A stretch of DNA of 46,526 bases, from the IMG/VR virus record IMGVR_UViG_3300014803_000005, one strand, 5' to 3'. The stretch's first letter is position 1, and every line of letters starts with the position of its first letter. The notes under the pieces were generated by a model. It was not told the DNA's origin and made no database searches. It was given only the letters and a program-made list of their open reading frames with translations. This document shows positions 18,101-27,776 of the stretch, one piece after another. Both the position numbers and the translations under genes were made by a program. The stretch comes from a virus.

Positions 18101-18804
18101 TTCCCCAACGCCTTTGCGCCATCGCCTATTGCTGTAAATACTTGTTTGCTTTCTGCGCCTCCACGACCTAACGCCAAAAGGCTCTCGCCAAATGAATTGT
18201 TAAGCCCCAACGTTTCTTTTAATTTGTCGCCATACGCAATTATTGCGTCGGACGCCTCCGTATAATTACCAACGTTCAATTGATATTTCCCGGTTGCCTC
18301 CTGCAAACGCTTCATTTCTTCGTATATTTCCCGTGTCTGCTCAACCAACTTGCGCCCCTCCTCGGTATTTTCTCGCTCGGCTTTCGTCATGTTGTTCAGA
18401 TAGATTTTATTTAACGAATATTGCGCCGACAACTTGTTATAACTGCCCTCGGCTGACTGATTGATTTTTACAATCAATTTGTTTATTTGGTTGGCTTCCT
18501 GCTGTGCCAATTTCAACTCCGCCAACTTCTTTGCGTTCTCACTTTCCGCAAACGCCAAATCACGTTGCGCACGTGCCAAACGTTCCGCATCGTCTGCGGC
18601 TTTCTTGGTTGTGTTCCTGCCGTCCTCGGTTGCCCCGGAAACTTTTTGCAGAACCGCCGCTAACTGAATTGCTTCCGCCCTAATATTTTTCAACGCATTT
18701 GTATATGTGTCTGAAAGTTCATCCAATTGCTTTATCAAATCCGTAATCGAATTATCGGGGCTTACCAAATCCGAATATTTAATTGGGTTGTTGTTATCTG
18801 CCAT
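15151..18804 (-). CDS. Tail tape measure protein
   Basis: Largest ORF (1217 aa). Long Q/E/L/K-rich coiled-coil stretches plus Gly/Ala-rich hydrophobic segments (FLAIAGIAAAGAAFKWW). Lies upstream of the baseplate and fibre genes. Confidence 0.85.
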   Translation of the reverse strand: MADNNNPIKYSDLVSPDNSITDLIKQLDELSDTYTNALKNIRAEAIQLAAVLQKVSGATEDGRNTTKKAADDAERLARAQRDLAFAESENAKKLAELKLAQQEANQINKLIVKINQSAEGSYNKLSAQYSLNKIYLNNMTKAERENTEEGRKLVEQTREIYEEMKRLQEATGKYQLNVGNYTEASDAIIAYGDKLKETLGLNNSFGESLLALGRGGAESKQVFTAIGDGAKALGKTLLGLLSNPVFLAIAGIAAAGAAFKWWYDYNAGLVEATRLTQQFTGKSGDDLKAFRNEVQAVADSFGADFRETLIATNALSQQFGISANEALQLVKDGFLSGADANGEFLDTLKEYPAYFKEAGISADQFVAIVAQTNKMGIFSDKGVDAIKEANLRLREMTTATAAALDGIGISSEQVQKDLQTGTKTTFDVIQDVSAKLAELPDNAATVGAAIADIFGGPGEDAGLQYLRTLKDISTNMDEVKGKAGVLAQLQEEQLQSQIELQNALSGLFDATGGNFETLTTQAKVFVNQGLTAIIKGVIDVINYFIELYNESVLIRAIWNGIVAGFKTTFDTLGNLFGFFIDIVKATGTALKGAFTLDFDDVKKGLADYAAAYGNLVKAQVKDITENFQEGLEGMQKKIKPLTIPVSVGDTPTPQTDNKPVTTQNPTVTPRGKSDAEKAAEQQAKQIEAAYKKNLEATRKLQDAQLQLESDEWAKRRQQTQYQYSRQIEDLQHQLQTEKDLNETGRQAINATITALEQQQTEALLKIEQERQLQELALQKESIELRLQAVKQGSEQERQLRMQLLENERQTALLQNEQKPTGQQQDAGVINAGFDVKGNAIADEYLQAQLMMFDQQQALAQSEFDLLRNSEARKTQFRLQAEKERLQKVLELNEQAANKLSDVEVQTIQNTIKKIDQEIEQSKGEERGTDIYGLFGLNLDDDQKEAISTSVSFAMEQLQVFLDAKLQAAEAAVNAADKEVESAQRTLDAEREARANGYASNVVMAQKELDLAKRNQEKALKEQQKAQKAQQAIQTIQQIGNLVTASALIWSQLGFPFAIPAIAVMWASFAAAKIKAAQMSKAAEGSESYGDGTVELLAGGSHQSGDDVDLGTKPDGTRRRAEGGEFFAVINKRNSRRFRRLIPDVINSLNRGTFPQKYLNAYNTDGVNVTVQQNNAPDLRDLKDDVREIKEQNRRRRYVDGNGNVIEVYKNLTRKIKN

Positions 18805-18901
18805 ATATCCGACTATTTATTTTGTTATTTTCGGGCAATTTGCCCTACAATCAATTTTTGTTTCTCAAATGTATAATTTATCGTCTGAAAAATAAAACGC
18901 C

Positions 18902-19678
18902 TTACATCGCCTTATTTTGGCTTTTTCTGCTTGCTTTTTTCGCTTGCTCCTTTATGTATTCAAATGCGTTGTAATATTCCAAAACGGTAAACGATTTTGG
19001 GTTTACGTGCAAATGTTGGGACAACATCAAACACATACTTTCAAACTGTTTGTCGTATTGTATTTCCACGCTATCCGACCCGCTAAACGATTTGGGTTTT
19101 GTATAAGTCAACAACAACGTCGTAATATGGTCTATTTCCGCCCGTTTGTCGCTTTCGTCCCCCTGTATTATCGCCTCCAACATTAACATTGTGCGTTGCT
19201 TCAATTGGTCGTAATACTCTTTAATCGTGGCGTCGTCGAATAGTTTAGGAAAATATAATTGCAATTCTTCATCTATTTTTTTTTTGACCGCTTCCAATTG
19301 GGCGGTCAACTCGGCGTTAGGTGCATCGGCGAATAAATCCAATACCTTTTGCAAACCGTCCGCCGTCATATCGTTGTATTCGGTTCCGTCCACGGACTTA
19401 ACCAAACAGGCAAACGCCAAATACTTTGGCGATATGGCGGATTGGACGAAATAAACGTTTTGCCGCAAATTATCCAATTCCTTTTCCGCCAAATCGGGCT
19501 TTTCCTTTCGGATAAACCGGATTGCCTTTTCAATATGCGCATCCCAATCGTTCAAATCCGACCCAACCCCGGCGTCGATAAGCAACATTTTGTTATATGC
19601 GTGAAATCGCAAAATCGGCAATTCGTCGATACTATCGTACAACACAACCGCCCGTTCCCCTATCTTTGTCGTTTTCAT
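18902..19678 (-). CDS. Hypothetical protein directly upstream of the tape measure gene (tail assembly chaperone position)
   Basis: The ATG at 19678 forms an ATGA overlap with the upstream stop. The longer ORF-track version would overlap the upstream gene. Confidence 0.5.
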   Translation of the reverse strand: MKTTKIGERAVVLYDSIDELPILRFHAYNKMLLIDAGVGSDLNDWDAHIEKAIRFIRKEKPDLAEKELDNLRQNVYFVQSAISPKYLAFACLVKSVDGTEYNDMTADGLQKVLDLFADAPNAELTAQLEAVKKKIDEELQLYFPKLFDDATIKEYYDQLKQRTMLMLEAIIQGDESDKRAEIDHITTLLLTYTKPKSFSGSDSVEIQYDKQFESMCLMLSQHLHVNPKSFTVLEYYNAFEYIKEQAKKASRKSQNKAM

Positions 19679-19932
19679 AAGAGTATGCGGGTTATGACTG
19701 TTGAACAAAACGGAACCAATAACAATGCCGGGTTCCCGGTGCATATAGCAAACAGGACGGACAAAACGACCCCCGCCCACCATGATAAGCAAAAGCCGCA
19801 ATTGAACATCTTAACAAAAAAGTCGTTGCCGTGAACTTGGACGTACTCAATAACGCCCCACTTTTTTAACAGGGTCAACAGGAACGCCGCCACGGTTGCC
19901 ACGACCAAAACCCAAATAATGAAAGTTACCAT
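19675..19932 (-). CDS. Small integral membrane protein (85 aa) with a CGFCLSWW motif
   Basis: ATG at 19932, just after the upstream stop at 19937. Two to three hydrophobic helices. The motif resembles DUF1360-type membrane proteins. Confidence 0.5.
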   Translation of the reverse strand: MVTFIIWVLVVATVAAFLLTLLKKWGVIEYVQVHGNDFFVKMFNCGFCLSWWAGVVLSVLFAICTGNPALLLVPFCSTVITRILL

Positions 19933-19936
19933 ATCG

Positions 19937-20536
19937 TTAAATGTTACAAGGTTGATTAACTGACAATACACCCTCAAAGCGAAAACCGCCGAACGGGTGC
20001 ATTAAAAATTGATTATCTATTTCGTCCAACGTAAACCCACGGTACACGTTTTCCGCCAACTCATAAATCCGGTTTATTACAATCGTCCCGTCTTTCAGCC
20101 AAAAACCGCCATTTAGGACGGTCAATATTTCGTTCTTCAATGCCTCGGTATTCCGGTTGTTGAGTTGACCGGGGTAAACCTTGCGCAAATCGAACCAAAC
20201 AATAAGGGAAAACGGGGCTTTAATCTCGCTTTGCTCTTTGGGAACCCAACCGACCGTTTGCGGGTCGTCTATCCAAAAGAACGAAAAATTGCCAATATTG
20301 GCATCCGGGGAAACGTCGATATAATCGTTGTTGCCTCTCCATTCCGTCCCGCCCGCATATACGTTCGGGATATAATAGCGTTTGCCCTGTATCACTTTGG
20401 CGATACGTTGCGCCCGCCCAAATGCGACGTCCAACCAATCGACGTTATCCATTAACCCGGTTTGTATGTTCCCCAAAACCCGGTCGATTAAAACCGGGTT
20501 GGGAATTATAGGGGTTGTTCTCTTATTCATTGCCAT
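19937..20536 (-). CDS. Neck/tail structural protein (unknown function)
   Basis: 199-aa ORF within the head-tail joining region. Confidence 0.55.
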   Translation of the reverse strand: MAMNKRTTPIIPNPVLIDRVLGNIQTGLMDNVDWLDVAFGRAQRIAKVIQGKRYYIPNVYAGGTEWRGNNDYIDVSPDANIGNFSFFWIDDPQTVGWVPKEQSEIKAPFSLIVWFDLRKVYPGQLNNRNTEALKNEILTVLNGGFWLKDGTIVINRIYELAENVYRGFTLDEIDNQFLMHPFGGFRFEGVLSVNQPCNI

Positions 20537-20993
20537 ATAATACGTTTTTTGCTTTCTTCATTAAGTCCGGGAATATATATTGCCAAATCAACGCCGCAAT
20601 ATTTTCGTCCGTCAATCCCAATATTTGCCGCCCGTACTTTTTTATTAAGTCCTCCGTTTTGAAATCCGACGCTTTTATTTCAAACTGTTTGTCGCCGACT
20701 TCCAAAAAAAACGACGCTTCAAAATCCCCGGTATCCCGTAACGTTACCCGGTTTGTCGGTTGTCCCTTTTCCTCCTTTATGGCTATCGTCAACGGCGAAT
20801 ACGGGGCGTAATCCATAATATCCACGCCCAAACGGTTAATACCTTGTTCAAACAATTGTTCCTCGGCGTTCATATCAACAATATAGGCGTCATTATCCCA
20901 AATAATTTGTTGAATGTATGCGCCGGACGATAACCCGTTGTTGAACGTGCCAACCCGGTTGCGTAAATCCTGTATTGACTTTAACCCCGCCAT
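20523..20993 (-). CDS. Virion morphogenesis / head-tail joining protein candidate
   Basis: 156 aa. The segment NRVTLRDTGDFEASF...ILGLTDENI resembles tail-completion/morphogenesis proteins. The call is weak. Confidence 0.4.
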   Translation of the reverse strand: MAGLKSIQDLRNRVGTFNNGLSSGAYIQQIIWDNDAYIVDMNAEEQLFEQGINRLGVDIMDYAPYSPLTIAIKEEKGQPTNRVTLRDTGDFEASFFLEVGDKQFEIKASDFKTEDLIKKYGRQILGLTDENIAALIWQYIFPDLMKKAKNVLYGNE

Positions 20994-20997
20994 AATC

Positions 20998-22335
20998 TTA
21001 CGTTGTCCGGTATTTTACACCGTGGTTATTACAAGTAAGGCAAATACGGTCGATACCCTGCGTATCCAACCGCAACGCCTCGTATGCTTTTTTTAGGTCA
21101 TAACCCAAACCGCCGGGGCGACCCTCAACGTTGCCGTCCAACTCATAAAGAATTTCCATCCGGCTTGCGTTTACTTGGTTCCGGTTTACCTTAACATCGG
21201 GGTTCATTGCCAACGTGCGCAACATGATTGCGGCGACCTGTCGTTGGATAACCGTTTGGAAAATCTGCCTTTCCTTAATGATAAAATCCGTTAGGTCGCA
21301 ACCAACGGTTATTTCGCAATTCAACCCGTAATTCTGCGTATTGGTGTACATCGTCAGCGCAATATCCCACAACTCCGGGTATTCATCGAATGTTTCCGGG
21401 GCGTTCATCATAAACGGGGATACCTGTAAATACTTTGTTATTTCCCGCCAACGCTCCAAATCGACGTAACCCGTACACGTTCCGCACGGCTCCCGGCTCC
21501 AATCCTTTGTCATGTTAATTGCCTGCATTCCGGCGGGCAAATCGTTTTGGTTGTAACAAAGGAACCACGACCCCCCGGCGTTGTTTCCGGTACTGATATA
21601 CGGCAAATAACAATCTTTCAACGGGAACCACTGAAAACCGCCGTTTGTCTGCGTAAAATTCAAATCAAACGTCTTTATCGGGTCAATTTGGGACGAATGG
21701 AAAAGATACATACGAACAACCCCGGTTGCGCCCGTCATTTGCAACCCGATTTGCTCGATTTTCATTGTTACGCCCATAGAACGAACCGGGACAATTTCAA
21801 ACCCGACTAATTTATGATTATTCGGCAACGTCGCCCGGATACGTCCCGCACCGTCAAAGAACGTGCGCCGCTCCAACAGGTTCTTTGTTTCCTTATCCAA
21901 TCCCTTTATTTGCGTGAATGTTTGTACCATTTGCGCAATACCGTTACGGGTCAAACGCTCCAAATAATCGGAAATGAAATTGTACGGTTGCCAATAGGGG
22001 TTGCCGTAATCGTCGTTGTAATCGTCGTTAAAATCGCTTTCGGTCGGTTCCTCGTTTTGGTTGTCCCGTGTCGCAATCCAAACTTTGTTGTTGTGGCGAA
22101 CCTTTGCCCCGGCTTTGTATTCCGGTACCATATTCCAAACCGGATATTGAAAAACGAAATCATCCGGGACGATTGCCCGGACATTATCCAAAGTAACAAG
22201 GGGGTGCGCACCTTGAAACGTCAAACCGCTTTCCGTCTGCGTTAAATTGTCGTCTATCGCCTTTGCCGGGTCGTATGACTGCTCCCATCCGCACACATTT
22301 TTTAACGCTTCGCATATTTCATTTATTCTTATCAT
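20998..22335 (-). CDS. Virion structural protein (445 aa, unknown role)
   Basis: ATG at 22335, just after the HNH stop. Lies in the structural module downstream of the capsid gene. Confidence 0.55.
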   Translation of the reverse strand: MIRINEICEALKNVCGWEQSYDPAKAIDDNLTQTESGLTFQGAHPLVTLDNVRAIVPDDFVFQYPVWNMVPEYKAGAKVRHNNKVWIATRDNQNEEPTESDFNDDYNDDYGNPYWQPYNFISDYLERLTRNGIAQMVQTFTQIKGLDKETKNLLERRTFFDGAGRIRATLPNNHKLVGFEIVPVRSMGVTMKIEQIGLQMTGATGVVRMYLFHSSQIDPIKTFDLNFTQTNGGFQWFPLKDCYLPYISTGNNAGGSWFLCYNQNDLPAGMQAINMTKDWSREPCGTCTGYVDLERWREITKYLQVSPFMMNAPETFDEYPELWDIALTMYTNTQNYGLNCEITVGCDLTDFIIKERQIFQTVIQRQVAAIMLRTLAMNPDVKVNRNQVNASRMEILYELDGNVEGRPGGLGYDLKKAYEALRLDTQGIDRICLTCNNHGVKYRTT

Positions 22336-22889
22336 AAAAACGCCCATTTATAACCTCCAACACTATGAGAATAATATAATTTACCTCTTATGTTTTTGGT
22401 TGGTTTATTATTTAAGTGCCTTGATAACTGACTGACATTAACACCCATTTTAGTTGCTGCAATTTTTATACTATCATATTCTGCAATTTTATTACCAAAT
22501 ATATCAAATTGAGCAATTCGTTTATTTTTATGTTTATTAGCTCTATAATTACGTGTGCCAAAATTGTGATTATATGTGTTATCACACCATTCCAAATTAT
22601 TAACGTGATTGTTCGATTTGTTTTCGTCCTTGTGATTGACTTGCGGCAAATTGTCCGGGTTCGGAATAAAAGCCGCAGCAACTAATCTATGAACCATTAT
22701 TTTTTTAAATCCATCTTTCCTATTTCCTAATGAAACACGTAAATAACCTTTTTTTGTAATTTCAGGTGCTAATATACGTTCGTTATAAACTCTACCTAAT
22801 CTATCTACACGATATAAGCTTTTAACTCTTCCGCTGCTACTGATTTGGTACAAACTTTCATAACCTTTAATTTCTTTCCATTTTTCCAT
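22332..22889 (-). CDS. HNH homing endonuclease, NUMOD4/HNH_3 type (paralogue 2 of 5)
   Basis: MEKWKEIKGYESLYQISSSGRVKS, HRLVAAAFIPNPDNLPQVNHKDENKSNNHVNNLEWC, and a C-terminal GGYKWAF. ATG at 22889, preceded by TATATTTG at 22901-22894. Confidence 0.85.
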   Translation of the reverse strand: MEKWKEIKGYESLYQISSSGRVKSLYRVDRLGRVYNERILAPEITKKGYLRVSLGNRKDGFKKIMVHRLVAAAFIPNPDNLPQVNHKDENKSNNHVNNLEWCDNTYNHNFGTRNYRANKHKNKRIAQFDIFGNKIAEYDSIKIAATKMGVNVSQLSRHLNNKPTKNIRGKLYYSHSVGGYKWAFL

Positions 22890-22943
22890 ATTGCAAATAT
22901 AACACGTTGTTCCCATATTAGGAATTAAGATTGCAATAAATAA

Positions 22944-22970
22944 GGGGGCGGGGATAACCACCCCGTCCCC
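22944..22970 (-). terminator. Terminator-like GC hairpin after the major capsid gene
   Basis: The minus strand reads GGGGACGGGG-TGGTTAT-CCCCGCCCC (one bulge), followed by TTATTTATT. Confidence 0.5.
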
Positions 22971-22999
22971 TCGGTTAAATAATTGTTCCGTTTTCCGGC

Positions 23000-24112
23000 T
23001 TATGCGCCTGCACCCCCGGCGGGAAATTCCCCGGCGTTGGTTACATATACAGGCATACCCAACGGTTCGTTTGGATTGCGGGCGGCAATCTCGGCTTTGA
23101 TAATCGGGTTTGCCACGGTATCCGGGTTGCTGTTGTAAGCAACCATATACGCCACGTCAACGGAAAATCCGAAATACTCCTTAACGGCGCATGTCAAATC
23201 GGCGGTTGCGTCGCCCATAATTGCGGACTGGTCGCCAACGGCGGTGTAATAGTGCGAACCAACGGGCAAATCAATGTACGGCAAACGTACAACGTCCCAT
23301 TCGTGGAAATTCGCACGGGTGCGGCGCAATGCCTCACGGTCAACACGTGTAAGGATACCAACATTACCGTCAGCAACGGCAAACATGGTTCCCATTTTGC
23401 CCGTTTCGTCGGTTACGTTGTTCGTGTAGTGTAAAACCTTGTTGTCGTACTCCATGCGCTTGTTTACGTCGTTGTAAACGCCATGTTGCGCAAGTTTACG
23501 GATAAGGCTATCAACCCCGGCGTTGGCGATAATGTGGATATATTCCGGGTAACAGTTAGCCCGCATAATCGGGTTAATATCGCCCAAAATCTCGGTCGCC
23601 ATTTGGGTTGGAACCTGTACCACATTGCCCGACTGTGTGTAATTAAGCAACGTTTTGAACACCTGTGTTTTGTTTGCCTCCAATGCGGCAACGGCTCCGA
23701 CGTCCAATTTGTTCGCCAAAGCCCGGCACGTCTTTTCCATTTTGCGCAAAAAGTCGTGTTCGTAGGAAATTTCGTTGTTCATATAGGCGGCGGGAACCAT
23801 TGTAAAGCCAATGGCATAAGTCGCCCAAACAACCGTTACCAATGCGGACGTATTTTCATCGTCAGCGATAACGCACGAACGGACATTGCTAACCTGTACA
23901 TCGCCGTCGTAATTGATAACGGGTACTTGTACCGTGTTACCAATAGACGCAAACGCACGGTCACGCAAATTGGGGTTAATGATTGAGGACGGGGCGTTGG
24001 TCTGCTCAATGAAAAAATCCAATGCGCCATACTCACACGGGCGGGTCATATTACGGTCTAATTCCGGGTTCTCAATCCGCCAATTCTGCAATCTTGTTGC
24101 TACTAATGACAT
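23000..24112 (-). CDS. Major capsid protein
   Basis: 370 aa, directly downstream of the scaffold-like gene and followed by a hairpin. Called by position and size; no motif verified. Confidence 0.65.
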   Translation of the reverse strand: MSLVATRLQNWRIENPELDRNMTRPCEYGALDFFIEQTNAPSSIINPNLRDRAFASIGNTVQVPVINYDGDVQVSNVRSCVIADDENTSALVTVVWATYAIGFTMVPAAYMNNEISYEHDFLRKMEKTCRALANKLDVGAVAALEANKTQVFKTLLNYTQSGNVVQVPTQMATEILGDINPIMRANCYPEYIHIIANAGVDSLIRKLAQHGVYNDVNKRMEYDNKVLHYTNNVTDETGKMGTMFAVADGNVGILTRVDREALRRTRANFHEWDVVRLPYIDLPVGSHYYTAVGDQSAIMGDATADLTCAVKEYFGFSVDVAYMVAYNSNPDTVANPIIKAEIAARNPNEPLGMPVYVTNAGEFPAGGAGA

Positions 24113-24167
24113 AATGTTAAAAATTTAATTGTTATTAAATGCGGGTTTACCCTTTACCCGTGATTGT

Positions 24168-25115
24168 TTACTTTTCTGGCAATGCGGCAATATTGTTGTC
24201 CTGCCATGCCTGTTTCATTGCGGCGTCGAACTTTTCGGAACCCGCCGTTAAGCCCTGCGCCATAAGGTTTGCGGCGATTGCTTCATAAGCCTCGACACGG
24301 GTTTTTGCGCCCGTTACGTCAATGGTTATTCCGCCACCACCGCCGGAACCGCCGGGGGGAACCGTTCCGCCGCCTCCGGCTTGGCGTCCCTTATCCAAAA
24401 TACCCATTGTATCCAATTCCTTTGCCAACAGGTCGCCGGGGGTGTACGGGTTCAACTGATTGTTCGGGTTACGCATAATTGCGCCGCTTTCGTCCTTAAA
24501 AGCAATGATTTTGCCGCCTTTGCCGTCGTCGATATATTCGGGGTTCATGCCCTTGATTTTGTCGATTGCTTGAGCCAACAAAACCTTTGTTGCGCTTTCG
24601 GGCAATCCCGGTTTGAATTTCAACCCGGCGGTTGCCGCCTGCAATGCGCCCTCGATACGGACGCCGAATAATTCCGTTTGGAATTTCTTTTCGGCTTCAT
24701 CGTACTTCTTTTTGAGGTCGTTAAACTGCGTTGTTACCGCCGTTAAATCGGCTTTCGCCTGTTTCAAAGCCTTTGCGGTTTCCGCATCGGTCGCACCGTC
24801 GGCAATTGCCTTTTCCAAACGTGCCTTTTCTTTCGTCAGACTGTCTATTTGGGTTTGCAATGCGCTTGCGCTTTCCGCTTTGGTTTTGAACTCGGCGACC
24901 ACACGTTTTGCGTAATCAAACGTCTTTTCGGTTCCGTTCTTTGCTATACCGGACGCCGCCAAAATATCTGCATCCAATCCGCCGTAAATTTCGCCCGTCT
25001 TTTTGGCGATAACGCTATTTTCGTCGTTGGCGGACAATGTTGTAATTGCCGCAATTTGTTCGTCGGTTAATCCGGCTAATGCCGCATTTGCAATTAAAAT
25101 TTCTCTCGTTAACAT
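24168..25115 (-). CDS. Capsid scaffolding protein candidate
   Basis: 315 aa, Ala/Lys/Glu-rich helical sequence with a poly-Gly tract (GGGGTVPPGGSGGGGG). Immediately upstream of the capsid gene. Confidence 0.55.
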   Translation of the reverse strand: MLTREILIANAALAGLTDEQIAAITTLSANDENSVIAKKTGEIYGGLDADILAASGIAKNGTEKTFDYAKRVVAEFKTKAESASALQTQIDSLTKEKARLEKAIADGATDAETAKALKQAKADLTAVTTQFNDLKKKYDEAEKKFQTELFGVRIEGALQAATAGLKFKPGLPESATKVLLAQAIDKIKGMNPEYIDDGKGGKIIAFKDESGAIMRNPNNQLNPYTPGDLLAKELDTMGILDKGRQAGGGGTVPPGGSGGGGGITIDVTGAKTRVEAYEAIAANLMAQGLTAGSEKFDAAMKQAWQDNNIAALPEK

Positions 25116-25132
25116 AATTCTTTCCCTTTGAA

Positions 25133-25402
25133 TTAATTAAGTGCGATTGCTGCTACTGCTCCGCTGTTTGCGTTAATAATATGAATTGTGTATTTTAGCG
25201 AATCCCCGGTTGTGTTAACCAACCAACTAACAACACGGGCATGGCTGATTTTCTTTTCAACCTCTTTTGTTACCAAAATTACGTCGGTAATTGTTCCGCC
25301 CTCAATACATTCAATCAACTTTTTCTTTGTTGCGCCATCCAATGCGGCGGCGGTTGTTGTTACTTCAATAACCAAATTGTCCTGCTGTGCAATCTGTGCC
25401 AT
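25133..25402 (-). CDS. Small head-module protein (89 aa)
   Basis: ORF in the head module. No motif recognised. Confidence 0.5.
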   Translation of the reverse strand: MAQIAQQDNLVIEVTTTAAALDGATKKKLIECIEGGTITDVILVTKEVEKKISHARVVSWLVNTTGDSLKYTIHIINANSGAVAAIALN

Positions 25403-25431
25403 AATCGTATTTTTAATAGTTTAATACTCTG

Positions 25432-25929
25432 TTACTTTTTCGCTCCGGGTTTGTCCTCGGCTTTGGTTTCTTTGGCGGGTTCCGCCGGGATAACTCCCGC
25501 CGCTTTCAATTCCGCCAAAATTTCAGCCTTTAACGCCTCTTTTTCCTCGGCTTTGGCTTTCGCCTCGGCTTCTGCCTTTGCCTTTGCATCGGCGGCGGCT
25601 TTTTCCTCGGCGGCTTTCTGCTGTGCGGCGGTTCGTGCCGCTTTTTCCTCGGCTTGCGCCTTGACGTACTCGTTGGGGTCGTGCAATACGGTAATCGTGT
25701 AACCCTGTTTTTTCAGTGCGTCCAAAATGCCGTTTTCAAAGGACTTTTTGCCGAACTTTTGGATACGGGGAACGGATAAGCGTTTGCCCGTTTCGCTGTC
25801 AAACTTGCGCACCTCAATAACGCAATGATACAAATGTTGTTCATTACTCGGTACAATGTAGTTTTCGGGGGTGACGTCGGTAATTGCAACGTCCTTTGTT
25901 TTACCCTCTGTTGCTGTCTTTACGTGCAT
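25432..25929 (-). CDS. Head-module protein with an Ala/Lys/Glu low-complexity C-terminus
   Basis: 165 aa. AAQQKAAEEKAAADAKAKAEAEAKAKAEEKE repeat region. Confidence 0.5.
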   Translation of the reverse strand: MHVKTATEGKTKDVAITDVTPENYIVPSNEQHLYHCVIEVRKFDSETGKRLSVPRIQKFGKKSFENGILDALKKQGYTITVLHDPNEYVKAQAEEKAARTAAQQKAAEEKAAADAKAKAEAEAKAKAEEKEALKAEILAELKAAGVIPAEPAKETKAEDKPGAKK

Positions 25930-27622
25930 ACTCGTTAAATTTACTTGTTATTACTGAAATCTTTTGGTCGAATGGTATTTGCGTTCCAAATTCCAAAATG
26001 TTTGTATTCTCCCGTTCAAACCTGCGGACAAAGTTAGCGAAATTCAACTTTATACGCAATTCATTCTCCGGGATTAAGTTACGCCCGTACAAATCCAATA
26101 CCTCGTCCCGGGTCAAATGGCGGTACGGCTCCAATTCTGCCAATATCAACATACGTTGCAATTGGGTTGGGTTGTTCCGGTACTCCGTTTCGATAATCTG
26201 ATTTTGTAGGGCGTCCAATTCTGCCTCACTTGCGCCGCTTTCCTTTGCCGACTTGTAACGGTTCCGCAACTCGCTTACGTCGTACAAATAGAACTCCGTG
26301 CCGTAATTGACTTTTGCAGATACGAACATATTGCCGTATCGCAATCGGCAAACCGTTTCATCGACGAACTGTTGGGCGGCTTCAAAGCCTTTTTTCACTC
26401 GGTTTAATACCGTGCTTTGGCTCTCAAATGCGGCTTTAACCTGTTGTTCGTTGAATGCCTCCCGTTGGGTTACTTCCTCGTTTTGTCCGACGACGGCGGT
26501 AATAATGTTTTCCCGCAATCGCTTTTCTTCCTCAACGTTATAATCCAAACTTGTACGGTCAACGGTCAACATTTGTACCGGGTTCCGCAAATCGGGTTGT
26601 TTGTCCCCGTCCGGTATCGGTATTTCAACAAAGGAACCCGCCCCGGTAATCCGTTTGTCGCCGCACTTGGGGCAACGCATCAATAACCCGGCTTGGTCTA
26701 ACCTGTAATACCCTTGTTTGTCTTTCAAAAATCCACCGTCGCAATAATCGCCGTTTTCGGCGTTTGTAAAATCGCACGATTGTTCGTAACCGGAATATAT
26801 CGGGTACGCCCCGTACATATCCAAATGCCGCTTCGATATATGGAAAAACAAAAACCAATCCAACGCCTCCAATTCTTTTGTTAGCGGGGATTGTTTAACG
26901 TCCGGTTCTCGCAAATTCATTGGCTCGTTCCAAAAGAAACGGGCGGGGCAATAGCGCAAATCGTGTGGGTTATCAACCAATAATTCGCCTATGTTGCCGC
27001 CGTCGTCCTCTGCAAATACTCTGTATCGTTCATCGTCAATAACTGCAATACGTTTATCGGGTTGGCGGAAAATTATCCAATCCATAACCCCGGTTGTCCG
27101 GTTTGCCTCAAAGGTTATGACGCTTTCGATAGGTAGCCAATAAAAATACGGGGTCGGGTATCGGTCGGCGGGGTTTTGCTCGGCGGGCAAATCAACTATT
27201 AAGACGCTGTTTATTTCCGTCTTGAAAAACTCCCAACCTTTTGTATTCCAAATTTCCGGCTCCTTTAATACATCTTGGCGGTAATACTCCCAATCGTCCC
27301 GTTGTTCCGTGTTTTGAAATTGATAGTTGAACGCCGGGTTACGACCGTCGAAAATACGGCTTAACTTATCAAAACAAATGCCCGTTACCTCGTTGGTACG
27401 AACGGGGTAACGGAACAATGTTTTGAAGATTTTGAATTTATCGTGCGGGATAAGATTTTTAACCCATGCCAAAAAATCGGTCGTGGGTAAACACATTAAG
27501 GGCGTTACGTTGGTTTGGGCGTGAAATTTAATGCGGTTTTGGTGTATGACCGCTTTATTTATCGTTGCCTTTTTCCTCGGTTCCGTTATTTCCTTTCTTA
27601 TGCGTTTTATATCTAATCCCAT
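25901..27622 (-). CDS. Portal protein candidate
   Basis: About 573 aa, in the terL-proximal position upstream of the scaffold and capsid genes. The start is uncertain: ATG at 27622 is preferred over 27715. Confidence 0.55.
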   Translation of the reverse strand: MGLDIKRIRKEITEPRKKATINKAVIHQNRIKFHAQTNVTPLMCLPTTDFLAWVKNLIPHDKFKIFKTLFRYPVRTNEVTGICFDKLSRIFDGRNPAFNYQFQNTEQRDDWEYYRQDVLKEPEIWNTKGWEFFKTEINSVLIVDLPAEQNPADRYPTPYFYWLPIESVITFEANRTTGVMDWIIFRQPDKRIAVIDDERYRVFAEDDGGNIGELLVDNPHDLRYCPARFFWNEPMNLREPDVKQSPLTKELEALDWFLFFHISKRHLDMYGAYPIYSGYEQSCDFTNAENGDYCDGGFLKDKQGYYRLDQAGLLMRCPKCGDKRITGAGSFVEIPIPDGDKQPDLRNPVQMLTVDRTSLDYNVEEEKRLRENIITAVVGQNEEVTQREAFNEQQVKAAFESQSTVLNRVKKGFEAAQQFVDETVCRLRYGNMFVSAKVNYGTEFYLYDVSELRNRYKSAKESGASEAELDALQNQIIETEYRNNPTQLQRMLILAELEPYRHLTRDEVLDLYGRNLIPENELRIKLNFANFVRRFERENTNILEFGTQIPFDQKISVITSKFNEYARKDSNRG

Positions 27623-27776
27623 TTTCTTTGCTAAATTCAAAAGGTGTTTTTTCGGGCAACTGCCAACCGCCATTGTTAGGCATCCGCAATAGGCGTTCGG
27701 CGTGGTTAATCTCAAATTCTTCGGTCGTGTTAAGGGTCGGACACTCCAACACGACCTTTGTAACTTTCGCCGTCAT
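27555..27776 (-). CDS. Small hypothetical protein (73 aa)
   Basis: Its start overlaps the stop of the upstream gene. Confidence 0.45.
   Translation of the reverse strand: MTAKVTKVVLECPTLNTTEEFEINHAERLLRMPNNGGWQLPEKTPFEFSKENGIRYKTHKKGNNGTEEKGNDK

Noticed and set aside
18902-19977. The canonical -1 programmed frameshift of tail assembly chaperones upstream of the tape measure gene
   Set aside because: The two ORFs upstream of the tape measure gene are joined by a simple ATGA overlap, and the upstream one is a membrane protein. I saw no overlapping extended frame or slippery heptamer.
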